Virus record (IMG/VR): IMGVR_UViG_3300045973_000529
Coordinates: 32,001-96,000 of that record
Strand: one strand, 5' to 3'
Length of the DNA stretch: 64,000 nt
From: a virus
Shown one piece after another: positions 27,139-37,292 of this stretch. The stretch's first letter is position 1; the number at the start of each line of letters is the position of its first letter. Below the pieces are notes generated by a model that saw nothing but the letters and a program-made list of their open reading frames with translations, had not been told where the DNA came from and ran no database searches. The position numbers and the translations under genes are program-made.

Positions 27139-29028
27139 ATGACAAAAGCAATCATTCAAACCTACCAGGTGCTCGACGAAATCGAGCACGTGCGCAAGCG
27201 CACTGGCATGTACGCAGGCTCGACTGAGCTCACCGTCGCGTTGGAGTGGGTGTACGACCCAATGTCCAAGAAGATGGTGAAACGGCAGGTGTCGTACATC
27301 CCGGCACTCGTGAAGATCTTTTCGGAGATCCTGGACAACGCGATCGACGAACACCGCCGCGCGCCCAAGGTTCTGGACACCATCAGGATCGAGTTCGATC
27401 AAGACGGCACGATCAGCGTCATGGACAACGGCCGCGGCATCCCCGTCGAAATCCACCCGCAGACGAAGAAGTACGTCGCTGAGACTGTGTTCTCCAATCT
27501 TCGCGCTGGCTCGAACTTCAACGATGCTGAGGACCAGCAACTCATCGGCACGAACGGCGTCGGCTCGACACTGACGAACATCCTCTCGACGCGGTTCCAC
27601 GTCGAATCGTGCGACGGCAAGAAGCTCCTGAAGCAGGACTTCCTGAATGGCATGCGCGAGCGGACCGAACCGAAGATCACGCCGCACACGAAGAACTACA
27701 CCAAGATCTCGTTTGCTCCGGACTACGCGTTCTTCAAGCTCCAAGGGCTCGATGCCGATCACGTGCTGAAGATGACGAAGAAGATCGCGGACGCGAGTGC
27801 CTGCAACCCAGGTGTGAAGTTCTTTGTGAACGGCGAGCGCATCAACGTCAAGGACTTTGGCGACTACATCGCGCTCTATGCTGATGAGTACGTGTACGAC
27901 GACACCGAGGACTGGAAGGTCGGGGTCTCGTTCTCTGACGGCTTCGAGCAGGTCAGCTTCGTGAACTCGGTCGAGACGTACCAGGGCGGCACGCACGTGT
28001 TCTACGTGATGGACCAAATCACCGACGCGGTGCGTGAGTACATCAAGAAGAAGCACAAGATCGAGGTCAAGCCAGCCGACATCCGTGGTCACATGCGGGT
28101 CTACATCAGCGCGAACATCAATCGCCCGAAGTTCTCGAGCCAGACCAAGGAGAACATGATCAGTCAACCAGGCACGTACAAGACAGCTTGGGCTGTGCCT
28201 GACATCATGATCAAGAAGCTCATCAAGTCGCCCATCATCCAGCAGGTGCTGGACTGGGTCGAGATGAAGGCCAAGGCGGCCGAGCTGGCAGAGTTGCGCA
28301 AGCTGAACAAGGAAGCGTCGAAGACGAATCCAAAGCGGGTTGACAAGTTCGACGACGCGGTCGAGAAGCGCAATCGCCATCTGTGTGAGTGCTACTTCAC
28401 GGAAGGTGACTCAGCTCGGAACTCGATCCAGTCAGCTCGTGGCAAGAACCAGCTCATCGGTTCCTTCAGTCTGCGCGGCAAGCCGATGAACGTGTACGAT
28501 GCCGAGATCAAGGACGTGATCGGGAACCGCGAGTTCGCGAACATCCTCGCGATCACCGGCCTGCAGCTCGGTGAGAAGGTCACGAGCGTCACTCAGCTCC
28601 GCTTCGGCAAGCTCGTGGTGCTCAGCGATCAGGACTTGGACGGGTTCCACGTCACCTCGTTGGTCCTGAGCTTCTGGGCAAAGTACTGGCCTGAGCTGTA
28701 TGAGCTTGGCGTCGTGTACCGCATGAACACGCCGTTGTACATCGCCACAACGACCAAGGGCGAGGTGTTCGAGTTCTTCACCGAAGAGGAATACCACACC
28801 TGGTCCCTCAAGGCACCGAAGCATAAGGCCGAGTACTACAAGGGACTGGGCGGCTTCGACACCGAGGTCTTCGAGCGGTTCCTGACGAATCGGGACCGGT
28901 ACCTCGTGCGCATCACAACACTCGAGGCTGCTGATCTGGCGAAGTTCGAACTGGCATTCAGCAACACAGAACAAGACGCTCGGAAGGACTGGCTCCAGGA
29001 TGTGCGATACTTCCACGGTCAAGACTGA
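27139..29028 (+). CDS. Type IIA DNA topoisomerase, ATPase/TOPRIM subunit (fused T4 gp39+gp60-like)
   Basis: EILDNAIDE, DNGRGIP, GTNGVGS, EGDSA, LRGK, DQDLDG, YYKGLG. Confidence 0.95.
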   Translation: MTKAIIQTYQVLDEIEHVRKRTGMYAGSTELTVALEWVYDPMSKKMVKRQVSYIPALVKIFSEILDNAIDEHRRAPKVLDTIRIEFDQDGTISVMDNGRGIPVEIHPQTKKYVAETVFSNLRAGSNFNDAEDQQLIGTNGVGSTLTNILSTRFHVESCDGKKLLKQDFLNGMRERTEPKITPHTKNYTKISFAPDYAFFKLQGLDADHVLKMTKKIADASACNPGVKFFVNGERINVKDFGDYIALYADEYVYDDTEDWKVGVSFSDGFEQVSFVNSVETYQGGTHVFYVMDQITDAVREYIKKKHKIEVKPADIRGHMRVYISANINRPKFSSQTKENMISQPGTYKTAWAVPDIMIKKLIKSPIIQQVLDWVEMKAKAAELAELRKLNKEASKTNPKRVDKFDDAVEKRNRHLCECYFTEGDSARNSIQSARGKNQLIGSFSLRGKPMNVYDAEIKDVIGNREFANILAITGLQLGEKVTSVTQLRFGKLVVLSDQDLDGFHVTSLVLSFWAKYWPELYELGVVYRMNTPLYIATTTKGEVFEFFTEEEYHTWSLKAPKHKAEYYKGLGGFDTEVFERFLTNRDRYLVRITTLEAADLAKFELAFSNTEQDARKDWLQDVRYFHGQD

Positions 29029-29041
29029 GGTACAATGAACT

Positions 29042-30379
29042 ATGCAAGACAATACTCTCACCGCCTCGCAGTTCATTGACGACAAGCTGCGCCTGTACTC
29101 AGCGCACTCGAACGTCCGCGGCATTCCGTTCATCGGCGACGGCTTCAAGCAGTCGCACCGCAAGGCGCTCGACGGCATGATGCGTCGCGGCGAGAATGCA
29201 GGGTTCGACACCGTCGAGCGCATTGCAGCCGCAGCGGCTTCAGTCACCGATTACCACCACGGCGTCGGCTCCCTGGAAGGCACCATCGTTGGCATGGCTC
29301 AGTCGTTCGCTGGTTCGAACAATCTGCCAATCTTCGAAGCGTTCGGCCAGTTCGGCAATCGGCTGAACCGCAAGCCATCGGCATCGCGGTACATCAAGAC
29401 TAAGCTCGCTCCGATCTTCCGTCAGCTGTTCCGCAAGGAAGACGATCTGATCTTCGAGCGGAACGACTCGAACGGTCTGAAGGTCGAGCCGAAGTACTTC
29501 ACCCCGATTCTGCCGATGGTGTTGGTGAACGGTGCCGAGGGCATGGGCACGGGTCACTCGTGCTACATTCTGTCGTACAACCCTGAGGACCTGCGCGCCG
29601 CGATTCTGAAGGTGCTCGATGGCAAGAACCTGAAGCCGAACAGCTTGACCCCATGGTGGCGCGGCTTCAACGGCACCGTGACCCGTGACAAGATCAGCGG
29701 TCAGGTCATCATCGAGGGCAAGTACGAGATCAAGCCGGGTCGGACCCCAACGATCGTCGTCACTGAGCTGCCGATCGGTGCCCAGAGCGACGGGTACAAG
29801 GAGCACCTCCAGAAGCTCGAGGACCGGGAGGTCGTGCTCGATCACGACAATCTGTCCGACAAGAAGGGTTTCGAGTTCATCGTACGGGTCCCTAGAACCA
29901 CCCTCGGTAAGACGGACGAGGAGCTTAAGAAACTATTCAAGCTCGTTTCCCGGGAGTCCGAGAACCTCACCGTGTGGAACGGAGATGGTATCCTGACACG
30001 TTATGAGAATGTCGAGTCACTTCTCGTCGATTTCGTGAAGTGGCGGCTCGATCGTTACGAAGACCGTCGTCAGGCCCTGATCAAGAAGGTGCAAGCCGAC
30101 ATCGCCTGGGCGAACCTCAAGGTGCGCTTCATCAAGTTCTACCTGACGAACTACAAGTTCTTCCGTGACACCGGGAACAAGGAGCTTGCAGCTCGCCTCG
30201 TCGCTGAAGGGTTCGAGCGGCACGACGAACTGCTCAGCATGCCGATGCGGAACCTGACGCACGACAAGATCGCCGAGCTCGAGAAGGACGTCGAGGATCT
30301 GAAGGTTCAGCTCAAGAGCCTGCAGTCAGATGACGCGGTGAGCATGTACCGTCGCGAACTGAAGGAGCTGAAGCTGTGA
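29042..30379 (+). CDS. Type IIA DNA topoisomerase, breakage-reunion subunit (T4 gp52-like)
   Basis: DGFKQSHRK, YHHG, SASRY (catalytic Tyr), LPMVLVNGAEGMGTG. Confidence 0.95.
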   Translation: MQDNTLTASQFIDDKLRLYSAHSNVRGIPFIGDGFKQSHRKALDGMMRRGENAGFDTVERIAAAAASVTDYHHGVGSLEGTIVGMAQSFAGSNNLPIFEAFGQFGNRLNRKPSASRYIKTKLAPIFRQLFRKEDDLIFERNDSNGLKVEPKYFTPILPMVLVNGAEGMGTGHSCYILSYNPEDLRAAILKVLDGKNLKPNSLTPWWRGFNGTVTRDKISGQVIIEGKYEIKPGRTPTIVVTELPIGAQSDGYKEHLQKLEDREVVLDHDNLSDKKGFEFIVRVPRTTLGKTDEELKKLFKLVSRESENLTVWNGDGILTRYENVESLLVDFVKWRLDRYEDRRQALIKKVQADIAWANLKVRFIKFYLTNYKFFRDTGNKELAARLVAEGFERHDELLSMPMRNLTHDKIAELEKDVEDLKVQLKSLQSDDAVSMYRRELKELKL

Positions 30380-30630
30380 TCATCGCCTCGCGAACTGAAC
30401 CAGTTGCACCAACGGAGCTGGCTGACATCATTGCGCTAGCTGAGATCACGATCAAGATCATCGTGGATCGATCAGTAGATCCACCCGAGGTCCGTGTCAT
30501 GCGGCAGCAGCCGGGTCGGCAGATGGATCTGCTTATGATCAATCCAAGCGATGAAGAAGTACTGTCGCTTGTTGATCTGGCGCAGATCCTCGATCGACTT
30601 GGCTTCCCAGTCGATTACGAGGAGATGTAA
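30376..30630 (+). CDS. Hypothetical protein
   Basis: GTGA overlap. Confidence 0.6.
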   Translation: MIIASRTEPVAPTELADIIALAEITIKIIVDRSVDPPEVRVMRQQPGRQMDLLMINPSDEEVLSLVDLAQILDRLGFPVDYEEM

Positions 30631-30896
30631 TGCACTCTGGCCGCTCGCATCCGTACTACTTGACGTTCGTGGTGTACCACCCAACTGCGGGTGGTGCCCC
30701 CAACGTTCAAGACTTCATGTTCACGGAAGTGGAGCGAGCAACCGAGTGGCTTGCAGAACAGTTCTTCGAAGGTATGCAATGCATCGCCTTGGCTGATGGT
30801 CGAGTAAACCCTGGGCTACCGGTGCAGAAGGACTTCGTTGATCAGGTGGTCAAGAATGCGCGGTCACGCGCGGAGTTCGATCGTGGCAATCTATGA
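30630..30896 (+). CDS. Hypothetical protein
   Basis: TAATG overlap. Confidence 0.7.
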   Translation: MHSGRSHPYYLTFVVYHPTAGGAPNVQDFMFTEVERATEWLAEQFFEGMQCIALADGRVNPGLPVQKDFVDQVVKNARSRAEFDRGNL

Positions 30897-31440
30897 TCCG
30901 TACGCGATCCTTGGGGTCGCGAAGAACTGCAGCGTAGAAGACGCGAAGAACGCGTACCGCAGGCTCGCCAGCAAGCACCACCCAGACAAGGGCGGCTCGA
31001 AGGAGAAGTTCCAGGAGATCAAGGAAGCTTTCGAGCTCATTGAGCGCGGTGGAGCATCGACCTTCGTACCTGGTCCTACCTCGCATCCGAACCCGCCAAC
31101 ACCATCATCCTTCACAGCCGGCATCAAGCCGAAAGCTTCACCATACGCTGGCAAGCCGGCACCTGGCTATGAGGCTGTGCGGAAGCCAATCGTGTACCCG
31201 CACACTGCTCGAAAGAATCCGGGCCGGTACAGCGAATTTGAAGTACATCTGACTGTCACTCGCGAACAAGCTGAGCGCGGTTGCACAGTGCCGTTCTGGC
31301 ACGACGGCACGATGCGTGACTACGTGGTTCAACCGTTTTCAAGCTCGCATACCCAAAAGCTTGCCTATCCTCTCGACGCTATGGTCGGCCGCTCGGTCGG
31401 CACCGTCACCATCGAAATCCATCTCACAGTAGAATCATGA
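30883..31440 (+). CDS. J-domain (DnaJ-like) protein
   Basis: DPYAILGV...[14 protein letters not shown]...FQEIKEAF; GTG start. Confidence 0.88.
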   Translation: MAIYDPYAILGVAKNCSVEDAKNAYRRLASKHHPDKGGSKEKFQEIKEAFELIERGGASTFVPGPTSHPNPPTPSSFTAGIKPKASPYAGKPAPGYEAVRKPIVYPHTARKNPGRYSEFEVHLTVTREQAERGCTVPFWHDGTMRDYVVQPFSSSHTQKLAYPLDAMVGRSVGTVTIEIHLTVES

Positions 31441-32273
31441 CCAAAGACTACTACGCAACCCTTGGTGTCGATAAGGCCGCAAGCGACGAAGACATCAAGA
31501 AGGCATACCGCAAGCTGGCGAGTCAACATCACCCGGACAAAGGTGGCACTAAGGAGAAGTTCCAGGAGATCCAAGAGGCGTACTCGGCGCTCGAGACGTC
31601 TGAGAAGCGAGCTGTATACAACAACCCGCAGCCGCAGCGCCAGCATTTCAATGGTCGCTCTGCAGAAGAGATGCACGATGAAATCCTGCGTGCCATGCGT
31701 GCAGCGCATGAGCATCAGCAGCGGAATGCTGTCCCATTCATTCGCCTGAACATCTCCATTGAGCGGGCGTTCAGTGGAACAACGGTTCCGCTCAGCGTGT
31801 TTGGTCATAGCATCGCATACAAGCTCCGTGCTGGTCTGCCGCAAGGTGTCGCGTACAGTGATGCTGTACCAGTTGATGACAAGCAACGTCAGATCCAGGT
31901 CCAGTTGAACATTGACGGCGGCCGGTTCCGGTTCCTGCACGTCGGCAGTGAAGATGGGCTGAACTTCAGTGGTGATCTGGAGACGGAGATCGATGTTGAT
32001 GCGCTCGACATTCTGGCTGGCGGCTTCGTGATTGCTCAAGACTTCCTCGGCAAGAAGCTCCAGGTGCGTGTACCGTCTGGATTCGATCCCAAGCTCCGTC
32101 TGAAGATTGCAGGTCACGGGTACACGAACTGGCACGGCGACAAGCCCGGTCCTCGAGGCGATCTGTACCTGCGCGTTACACCACGTTTCAAACCGTTCGC
32201 CGAGCTCGACAAGGACAAGATCGAAGCGTTGTATAATCTCACGAGAACACCACCCATCGAAAGAGTAGCATGA
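31437..32273 (+). CDS. DnaJ/CbpA-like chaperone (J domain plus C-terminal domain)
   Basis: [25 protein letters not shown]. Confidence 0.92.
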   Translation: MTKDYYATLGVDKAASDEDIKKAYRKLASQHHPDKGGTKEKFQEIQEAYSALETSEKRAVYNNPQPQRQHFNGRSAEEMHDEILRAMRAAHEHQQRNAVPFIRLNISIERAFSGTTVPLSVFGHSIAYKLRAGLPQGVAYSDAVPVDDKQRQIQVQLNIDGGRFRFLHVGSEDGLNFSGDLETEIDVDALDILAGGFVIAQDFLGKKLQVRVPSGFDPKLRLKIAGHGYTNWHGDKPGPRGDLYLRVTPRFKPFAELDKDKIEALYNLTRTPPIERVA

Positions 32274-32557
32274 GTAAGTCCGAAGGCGTCAAGGACGTCG
32301 TCAAGTGGCTCGAGGAGCAGTGCAAGATCGCCAAGGCAAGCGTCGAGGTTGCCAAGCGCGAGAACTTCGCCATGGGCATGTACGAGGACTGCGGTGACTA
32401 CTACCGTGAGAAGCTCGTCGAGGCTGAGGCCAAGCTGGCGACGCTGGTGTCGGTCAAGATCAGCACCGAGAAGTACATGAAGAAGCTGCGGCATGAGGAA
32501 GAAGAGGCCGCGACTCTCAGAGCCGATCCTTTGAATGACGGATGGAACTACCAGTGA
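32270..32557 (+). CDS. Hypothetical protein
   Basis: ATGA overlap. Confidence 0.75.
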   Translation: MSKSEGVKDVVKWLEEQCKIAKASVEVAKRENFAMGMYEDCGDYYREKLVEAEAKLATLVSVKISTEKYMKKLRHEEEEAATLRADPLNDGWNYQ

Positions 32558-33123
32558 TGGACCTCAGCAAGCGATACACGGGCCTGTACAAGGTCATCAG
32601 CGGCGGTCAGACCGGTGCCGATCAGGGCGGGCTGCTTGCGGCTCATCAGCTTGGCGTCCTGACCGGTGGCACGGCTCCGGCCGGTTGGATGACGTCCCGC
32701 GGCCCGCAACCGCTGCTCGAGTGCTTTGGCCTGAAGGCCGAAGGCACGCTCCAGACCCGCACGAAGAAGAACATCAAGGACTCGGGCGCCACCGTCGTGC
32801 TGTCTGGCGACTTGGCTTCGTCCGGGACCGTGCTGACGATCCGGCTTTGCAAGGAACTGAACAAGCCATGTCTGGTGCTCGACATCAACAGTGTCTGTAC
32901 TGCCTTCGGCGACACCGGATTGTTCCCGATGGAGACGTTCGATCAGTTGAGTAGGCCTCTATACGAGTTCCTTCTGCAACACCAGGTGCGCACTCTGAAC
33001 GTCGCTGGAAACCGCGAGCGCTTCGATGATTTGCGCACGACCAAGGCGGTGGCCGGCATCGTCGCCACGGCCCTCTCCTTCCTGGACCTCGACAATCTGC
33101 TCATTCGGGACTCGGACTTGTAA
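32557..33123 (+). CDS. SLOG-family protein (circularly permuted YpsA / 'putative molybdenum carrier')
   Basis: KVISGGQTGADQGGL, RTKKNI..S.AT, GT.LT, LNVAGNRE. Confidence 0.85.
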   Translation: MDLSKRYTGLYKVISGGQTGADQGGLLAAHQLGVLTGGTAPAGWMTSRGPQPLLECFGLKAEGTLQTRTKKNIKDSGATVVLSGDLASSGTVLTIRLCKELNKPCLVLDINSVCTAFGDTGLFPMETFDQLSRPLYEFLLQHQVRTLNVAGNRERFDDLRTTKAVAGIVATALSFLDLDNLLIRDSDL

Positions 33124-33161
33124 CAATAGGCGGTATCCACTCCGCCGTTACAAGGACCGAC

Positions 33162-34118
33162 ATGACCTCTCTCGACTACTCGCTGTACTCCCCGACGTGG
33201 GAGGATGATTACCTGAATCTGCTCGACACGATCCTCATGTTCGGTGAGGATCGGGCCGATCGAACCGGCACTGGAACCCGCGCGATCTTCGGCGACACGC
33301 TTCGCATCAATCTCGCCGATGGCTTCCCGGCCGTGACCACCAAGAAGCTCGCCTGGAAGGCAATGGCTGCTGAACTGCTCTGGTTCATCGAAGGCAGCGG
33401 TGATGAGCGTCGGCTCTGTGAAATCCAGCACGGTACTCGCGACGATTCGAAGTCCACGGTCTGGACTGCCAATGCGAATGCTCCGTACTGGCTGCCAAAG
33501 GCCAAGTTCCCAGGTGACCTCGGCCGTGTGTACGGTGTGCAGTGGCGTCACTGGAAGAACATCACCTTCCAGGAATCGGGCGACTGGCTCAGCCATCCAG
33601 CCGGTGGTGAGACGCACTTCAATGCCAAGGTCCTCGTTGAGGAAGTTGACCAGATGAAACGCGTCATCGAGACGCTGAAGACGAATCACACTGATCGTCG
33701 GATCATGCTGTCGGCCTGGAACCCAGGTGAGCTGCACCAAATGGCCTTGCCACCATGCCATCTGTTCGCACAGTTCTACCTGAGCAACGATCGCAAGCTC
33801 TCGTGCCAGATGTACATGCGCTCGATCGACACATTCCTCGGGCTGCCGTTCAACATCGCCAGCTACGCACTGCTGACACATCTGATTGCTCACGTGATCG
33901 GTGCTGACGTTGGTGAGTTGATCATGGTGTTGGGCGATACGCACATCTATAAGGACCACATCGAGCAGGTGAACGAGCAACTGAGCCGTGAAGTCAAGAA
34001 GGCGCCGAAGCTTGTGTTCAATCGGCAGGTCACAAGCATTGATGACTTCACCCTGGCTGACTTCGAGCTGGCCGACTACGATCATCACCCTGCAATCAAC
34101 GCGAAGATGAGCACCTGA
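33162..34118 (+). CDS. thyA: Thymidylate synthase
   Basis: DRTGTGT, ELLWF, LGRVYG.QWR, LPPCH, RSIDTFLGLPFNIASY, DTHIY. Confidence 0.96.
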   Translation: MTSLDYSLYSPTWEDDYLNLLDTILMFGEDRADRTGTGTRAIFGDTLRINLADGFPAVTTKKLAWKAMAAELLWFIEGSGDERRLCEIQHGTRDDSKSTVWTANANAPYWLPKAKFPGDLGRVYGVQWRHWKNITFQESGDWLSHPAGGETHFNAKVLVEEVDQMKRVIETLKTNHTDRRIMLSAWNPGELHQMALPPCHLFAQFYLSNDRKLSCQMYMRSIDTFLGLPFNIASYALLTHLIAHVIGADVGELIMVLGDTHIYKDHIEQVNEQLSREVKKAPKLVFNRQVTSIDDFTLADFELADYDHHPAINAKMST

Positions 34119-34120
34119 AC

Positions 34121-34477
34121 ATGGGTCACTACCGCGCCGAAATGTGGTGCAACACGTGCAGCAATCATCCCTGCACGTGTACGCCAAAGCCCGAGCCAGT
34201 GCAGTGGCTTGTCGATGACGATGATGTCGTCATGACAACAGCTGCCTTCGATCTGAAATACGCGTCGATCAAGACAAAGTACGGTCCGATTCCCGGATCG
34301 CCGATGCTGAAGCGCATGGGAATGAAGCTGTACCCGTCGAAAGCGGCTGCTGAAGCCGCAATCCCAGCGCTGCTCACTGAAGAGATCGAGCACCGTGCCA
34401 AGAACATCAGAGCTCTCCAGGTGGAACTGAAGAAGCGTCAGATGAAACTGAGACGACTGATGAAGGAGCAAGCATGA
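34121..34477 (+). CDS. Hypothetical protein (Cys-rich N-terminus, coiled-coil C-terminus)
   Basis: Track ORF in the operon. Confidence 0.75.
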   Translation: MGHYRAEMWCNTCSNHPCTCTPKPEPVQWLVDDDDVVMTTAAFDLKYASIKTKYGPIPGSPMLKRMGMKLYPSKAAAEAAIPALLTEEIEHRAKNIRALQVELKKRQMKLRRLMKEQA

Positions 34478-34953
34478 CCAAGTTCTACCGCTACTACCGC
34501 CCGATGAAGTACTCCGAGGACCGGGCGACGTTGGACACCCTACCACGAGGCGGTGTCTGTCTGCGGTTCGAAACCCTCGAGGACCGGCCGAACACCATGT
34601 GGTTCACACATGCCCGTTGCCACGAGACGGAGCTTTTCTCGAAGACCACCGCTCGCCAGATCGTCGATCAGCGGGCGACCCTGCTGTATGAACGTCGCTA
34701 TGATCTGCCACTGCTGCCTGCTGCGACCGATCCAGGTGCACTGTTGATGTACGTCATCCAGATGATCCACTGCTGGCAGCCGCTACCAGAGCCGATGTTC
34801 ACGGAGTACCTTGCGAAAGAGTACGAAGAGCTAGCGTCGACGATCCACGGTGTCATCACCCAGAACACGCTCGCGACTATGAAGCAGGAAGCACACACTC
34901 TGCATCTGGCTGCTCTGCAGTACGGAGAGCTCTATGCGAGTCTTGCACGGTAA
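34474..34953 (+). CDS. Hypothetical protein
   Basis: ATGA overlap. Confidence 0.75.
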   Translation: MTKFYRYYRPMKYSEDRATLDTLPRGGVCLRFETLEDRPNTMWFTHARCHETELFSKTTARQIVDQRATLLYERRYDLPLLPAATDPGALLMYVIQMIHCWQPLPEPMFTEYLAKEYEELASTIHGVITQNTLATMKQEAHTLHLAALQYGELYASLAR

Positions 34954-35425
34954 CATGCTCGAGGAGGTCACCAAAGGGGTGATTCTCCAGCAAGTGAATG
35001 CCCAGGGCGTGATGGGCTCTGGGTTCGCCAAGGCCATTCGGGACAAGTGGCCGGCCGTCTGGGACGAGTATCATCAGTGGTGTCTCCCAAACCCAACTGC
35101 TGCCGAGTCAGCTGCGATGCTCGGCAAAACTCTGCTCGTCGAAGTCGAAGATGGTCTGTTCGTAGCGAACATCGTCGGTCAGAACCGGTTCTATAGGCAG
35201 GGTGAACCACGTGGCACCCGGTTCACCTCGTACGATGCCGTTGATAAGGCTCTCACCGACTTGGCTGAGGTGCTCCAGGGGCTGCCGGTGTCGTTGCATT
35301 TTCCACTTCTGGGCTCGGACCGCGGTGGTGGTCATTGGCCCGTCGTGAAAGAGATCATCAAGCACCGGCTGTCAGGGTTCGAGTTGACCCTGTGGCTGCT
35401 GGCAGGTACAACAGAACCCGCCTAA
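34934..35425 (+). CDS. Macrodomain (Appr-1''-p processing family) protein
   Basis: GN(M/L), QQVNAQGVMGSGFAKAI, PLLGSDRGGGHW. Confidence 0.85.
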   Translation: MRVLHGNMLEEVTKGVILQQVNAQGVMGSGFAKAIRDKWPAVWDEYHQWCLPNPTAAESAAMLGKTLLVEVEDGLFVANIVGQNRFYRQGEPRGTRFTSYDAVDKALTDLAEVLQGLPVSLHFPLLGSDRGGGHWPVVKEIIKHRLSGFELTLWLLAGTTEPA

Positions 35426-35429
35426 ATAG
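35422..35429 (+). promoter_or_regulatory. Late promoter CTAAATAG
   Basis: Marks the switch into the virion gene cluster. Confidence 0.7.
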
Positions 35430-35459
35430 CAACGTACTATCACAGTCCACAAGGACACC

Positions 35460-35633
35460 ATGGGCGAGCACATCTACCGCGATCCAAAGAAGAAGAAGAT
35501 CAAAGAGCATGACACCGGGGCACGTCGCACCCGCGTGACCTTCAAGAACTACCTGCGGGCGCTTGAAGAAGAGCTTCTTGAAGAAGAGCTGGACGCAACT
35601 GAAGAACAACCGGAAGACAACCAGGACGATTGA
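35460..35633 (+). CDS. 57-aa late protein, basic N-terminus and acidic C-terminus
   Basis: Not in the track; SD aagga; own late motif. Confidence 0.7.
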   Translation: MGEHIYRDPKKKKIKEHDTGARRTRVTFKNYLRALEEELLEEELDATEEQPEDNQDD

Positions 35634-35655
35634 GCCGGCCAGGTGCACGTCTGGG

Positions 35656-35663
35656 CTAAATAG
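35656..35663 (+). promoter_or_regulatory. Late promoter CTAAATAG
   Basis: Recurrent motif. Confidence 0.7.
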
Positions 35664-35684
35664 CCTAGTCACTACACCAACGCC

Positions 35685-36173
35685 ATGTTCATTGTCCCGC
35701 TTCGAGGCGATAAGATCCTCTGCGCTTCCGGCGCAACGTACACCGTTCTAGGGTACACGAACCACAAGGACCAACCGTCCTTGTACGTTCAGGGGCCTGA
35801 TGTCAAGACTGACACCATTGGCTTCAGCGAGGTTCAGAAGGTGAATAGCGCAGTAGTGAAGCTTGGCCCAGGAAAGATCTTCCTTAGCGCCACCAAAACC
35901 AATCACAAGTTCACCCTCCCACAAAGGGATGACCGCGTCAAGTATCGCAATGCGACGGTGAAGGTCACCGGGCTGAAGCTGAATGAACGCGGGCATCTCG
36001 GTGCAGGTATGCTTGTCGTCGGCACGAATGTGGAAACCGATGAGAAGGTCACTGCGCGGCTGGCAAATCTCGTAAGTATCCAACGCGCCAGTGGTGATGA
36101 ACTCTTTGACTTGAAGGCTTTCAAGAGCCAGTTCCATGACTACCTTGGCTCGGAAACCGGAGCAACAGCGTGA
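35685..36173 (+). CDS. Hypothetical late protein
   Basis: Follows a late motif. Confidence 0.75.
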   Translation: MFIVPLRGDKILCASGATYTVLGYTNHKDQPSLYVQGPDVKTDTIGFSEVQKVNSAVVKLGPGKIFLSATKTNHKFTLPQRDDRVKYRNATVKVTGLKLNERGHLGAGMLVVGTNVETDEKVTARLANLVSIQRASGDELFDLKAFKSQFHDYLGSETGATA

Positions 36174-36376
36174 AGAAACTTATCGCCGACATCGACAACA
36201 ATGCTGGCAAGACAGCTTGGCAGTCTTACACCGTCCGGCACGGGATTGAGACCTTCGAAGTTCTGGTTCCGCTCAAGAATGCAATGCTTTTCGAGGTGAA
36301 GATGCTGGACCCGCTGCCAACACGGTATGCGGTGCTGGATGTTCTCCGCGAATGCGGTGGCGAACTGAAGAAGTAA
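36170..36376 (+). CDS. Hypothetical protein
   Basis: GTGA overlap. Confidence 0.65.
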   Translation: MKKLIADIDNNAGKTAWQSYTVRHGIETFEVLVPLKNAMLFEVKMLDPLPTRYAVLDVLRECGGELKK

Positions 36377-36385
36377 GGACGCCAC

Positions 36386-37231
36386 ATGCCTATCTCCCTG
36401 TCGCTCAAGCAGCTCTTCACTAACAACGCAGTCACACTGCTTGCGCTGCCACTGGCAGCGACCGACACCTCGATGACGGTCATGACAGGGTATGGAACCC
36501 TGTTCCCAAATCCAGGGGTGAATGAGTTCTTCCTCGTCACGCTTGAGAATCAAGCTGCCACTGCTCGTGAAATCATCAAGGTCACCGGACGAACCGGTGA
36601 CGTCTTCACCTTTGCGCTTGCTGATCGCGGGCAGGAAGGTACCACAGCCCAAGCGTGGGGCGCCTCCTCTGGCAACGACACTCTCGTCGATCATCGAGTT
36701 ACCGCCGAGACGATGGACAGGGCGCTTGCTCTTCCACAGGCTGGGCTGAATGGCATTACGGTTCAAGATCACGGAGTACCAGTTGCTCCTGATGCTACGA
36801 CTTTGAACTTTGAAGGTGACGTCTCTGTCACCGGTTCAGGCTCAACGAAGACCATTACCATTGGAGCGGTTTCAGCCAATGCTATCCATGGTGAATCAAG
36901 TTCCCCAATCGTCATTGACCCGGGCTGGACAATCCCTGGGAATGTGGCGACGTACTCTGAGACGCAGCGCGGATTCAAGTTCTTCGTCACCGTCACTATG
37001 CCTGTCAATCACCTCTCGTCTTCATTCGAAGTTCTTGGCAACATCAGCGGGAACCTGAGCGCAAACACCGAGACTGTGTCCTTCAACCGTGTTTCACGCG
37101 TTGGTCACAAGTTTATCGGCGAGGTGAACATGGCCCTAGACACAGCGCTGAAGCAAGTCAGCCTCACGTGGACGAACAACGAAGCAAACCCCGTTGTTAT
37201 CCAATGTGTGCGAATCCAGCACACCGTTTAA
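36386..37231 (+). CDS. Virion structural / tail-associated protein
   Basis: Beta-rich; EIIKVTGRTGDVFT...RGQEGTTA pattern of tail proteins. Confidence 0.7.
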   Translation: MPISLSLKQLFTNNAVTLLALPLAATDTSMTVMTGYGTLFPNPGVNEFFLVTLENQAATAREIIKVTGRTGDVFTFALADRGQEGTTAQAWGASSGNDTLVDHRVTAETMDRALALPQAGLNGITVQDHGVPVAPDATTLNFEGDVSVTGSGSTKTITIGAVSANAIHGESSSPIVIDPGWTIPGNVATYSETQRGFKFFVTVTMPVNHLSSSFEVLGNISGNLSANTETVSFNRVSRVGHKFIGEVNMALDTALKQVSLTWTNNEANPVVIQCVRIQHTV

Positions 37232-37239
37232 GGCCTTGG

Positions 37240-37247
37240 CTAAATAG
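37240..37247 (+). promoter_or_regulatory. Late promoter CTAAATAG
   Basis: Recurrent motif. Confidence 0.7.
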
Positions 37248-37292
37248 CAGGCATTGATCAACGCGCCTGGCGGCGCTTTCACAGGAGTTTTT

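Noticed and set aside
27139-29028. T4 gene 60-type translational bypass, intron or intein in the topoisomerase
   Set aside because: The ORF is continuous and fused (629 aa) with all motifs in frame and no insertion.
33162-34118. Group I intron in thyA, as in T4 td
   Set aside because: The ORF is uninterrupted; only a short in-frame loop insertion is present.
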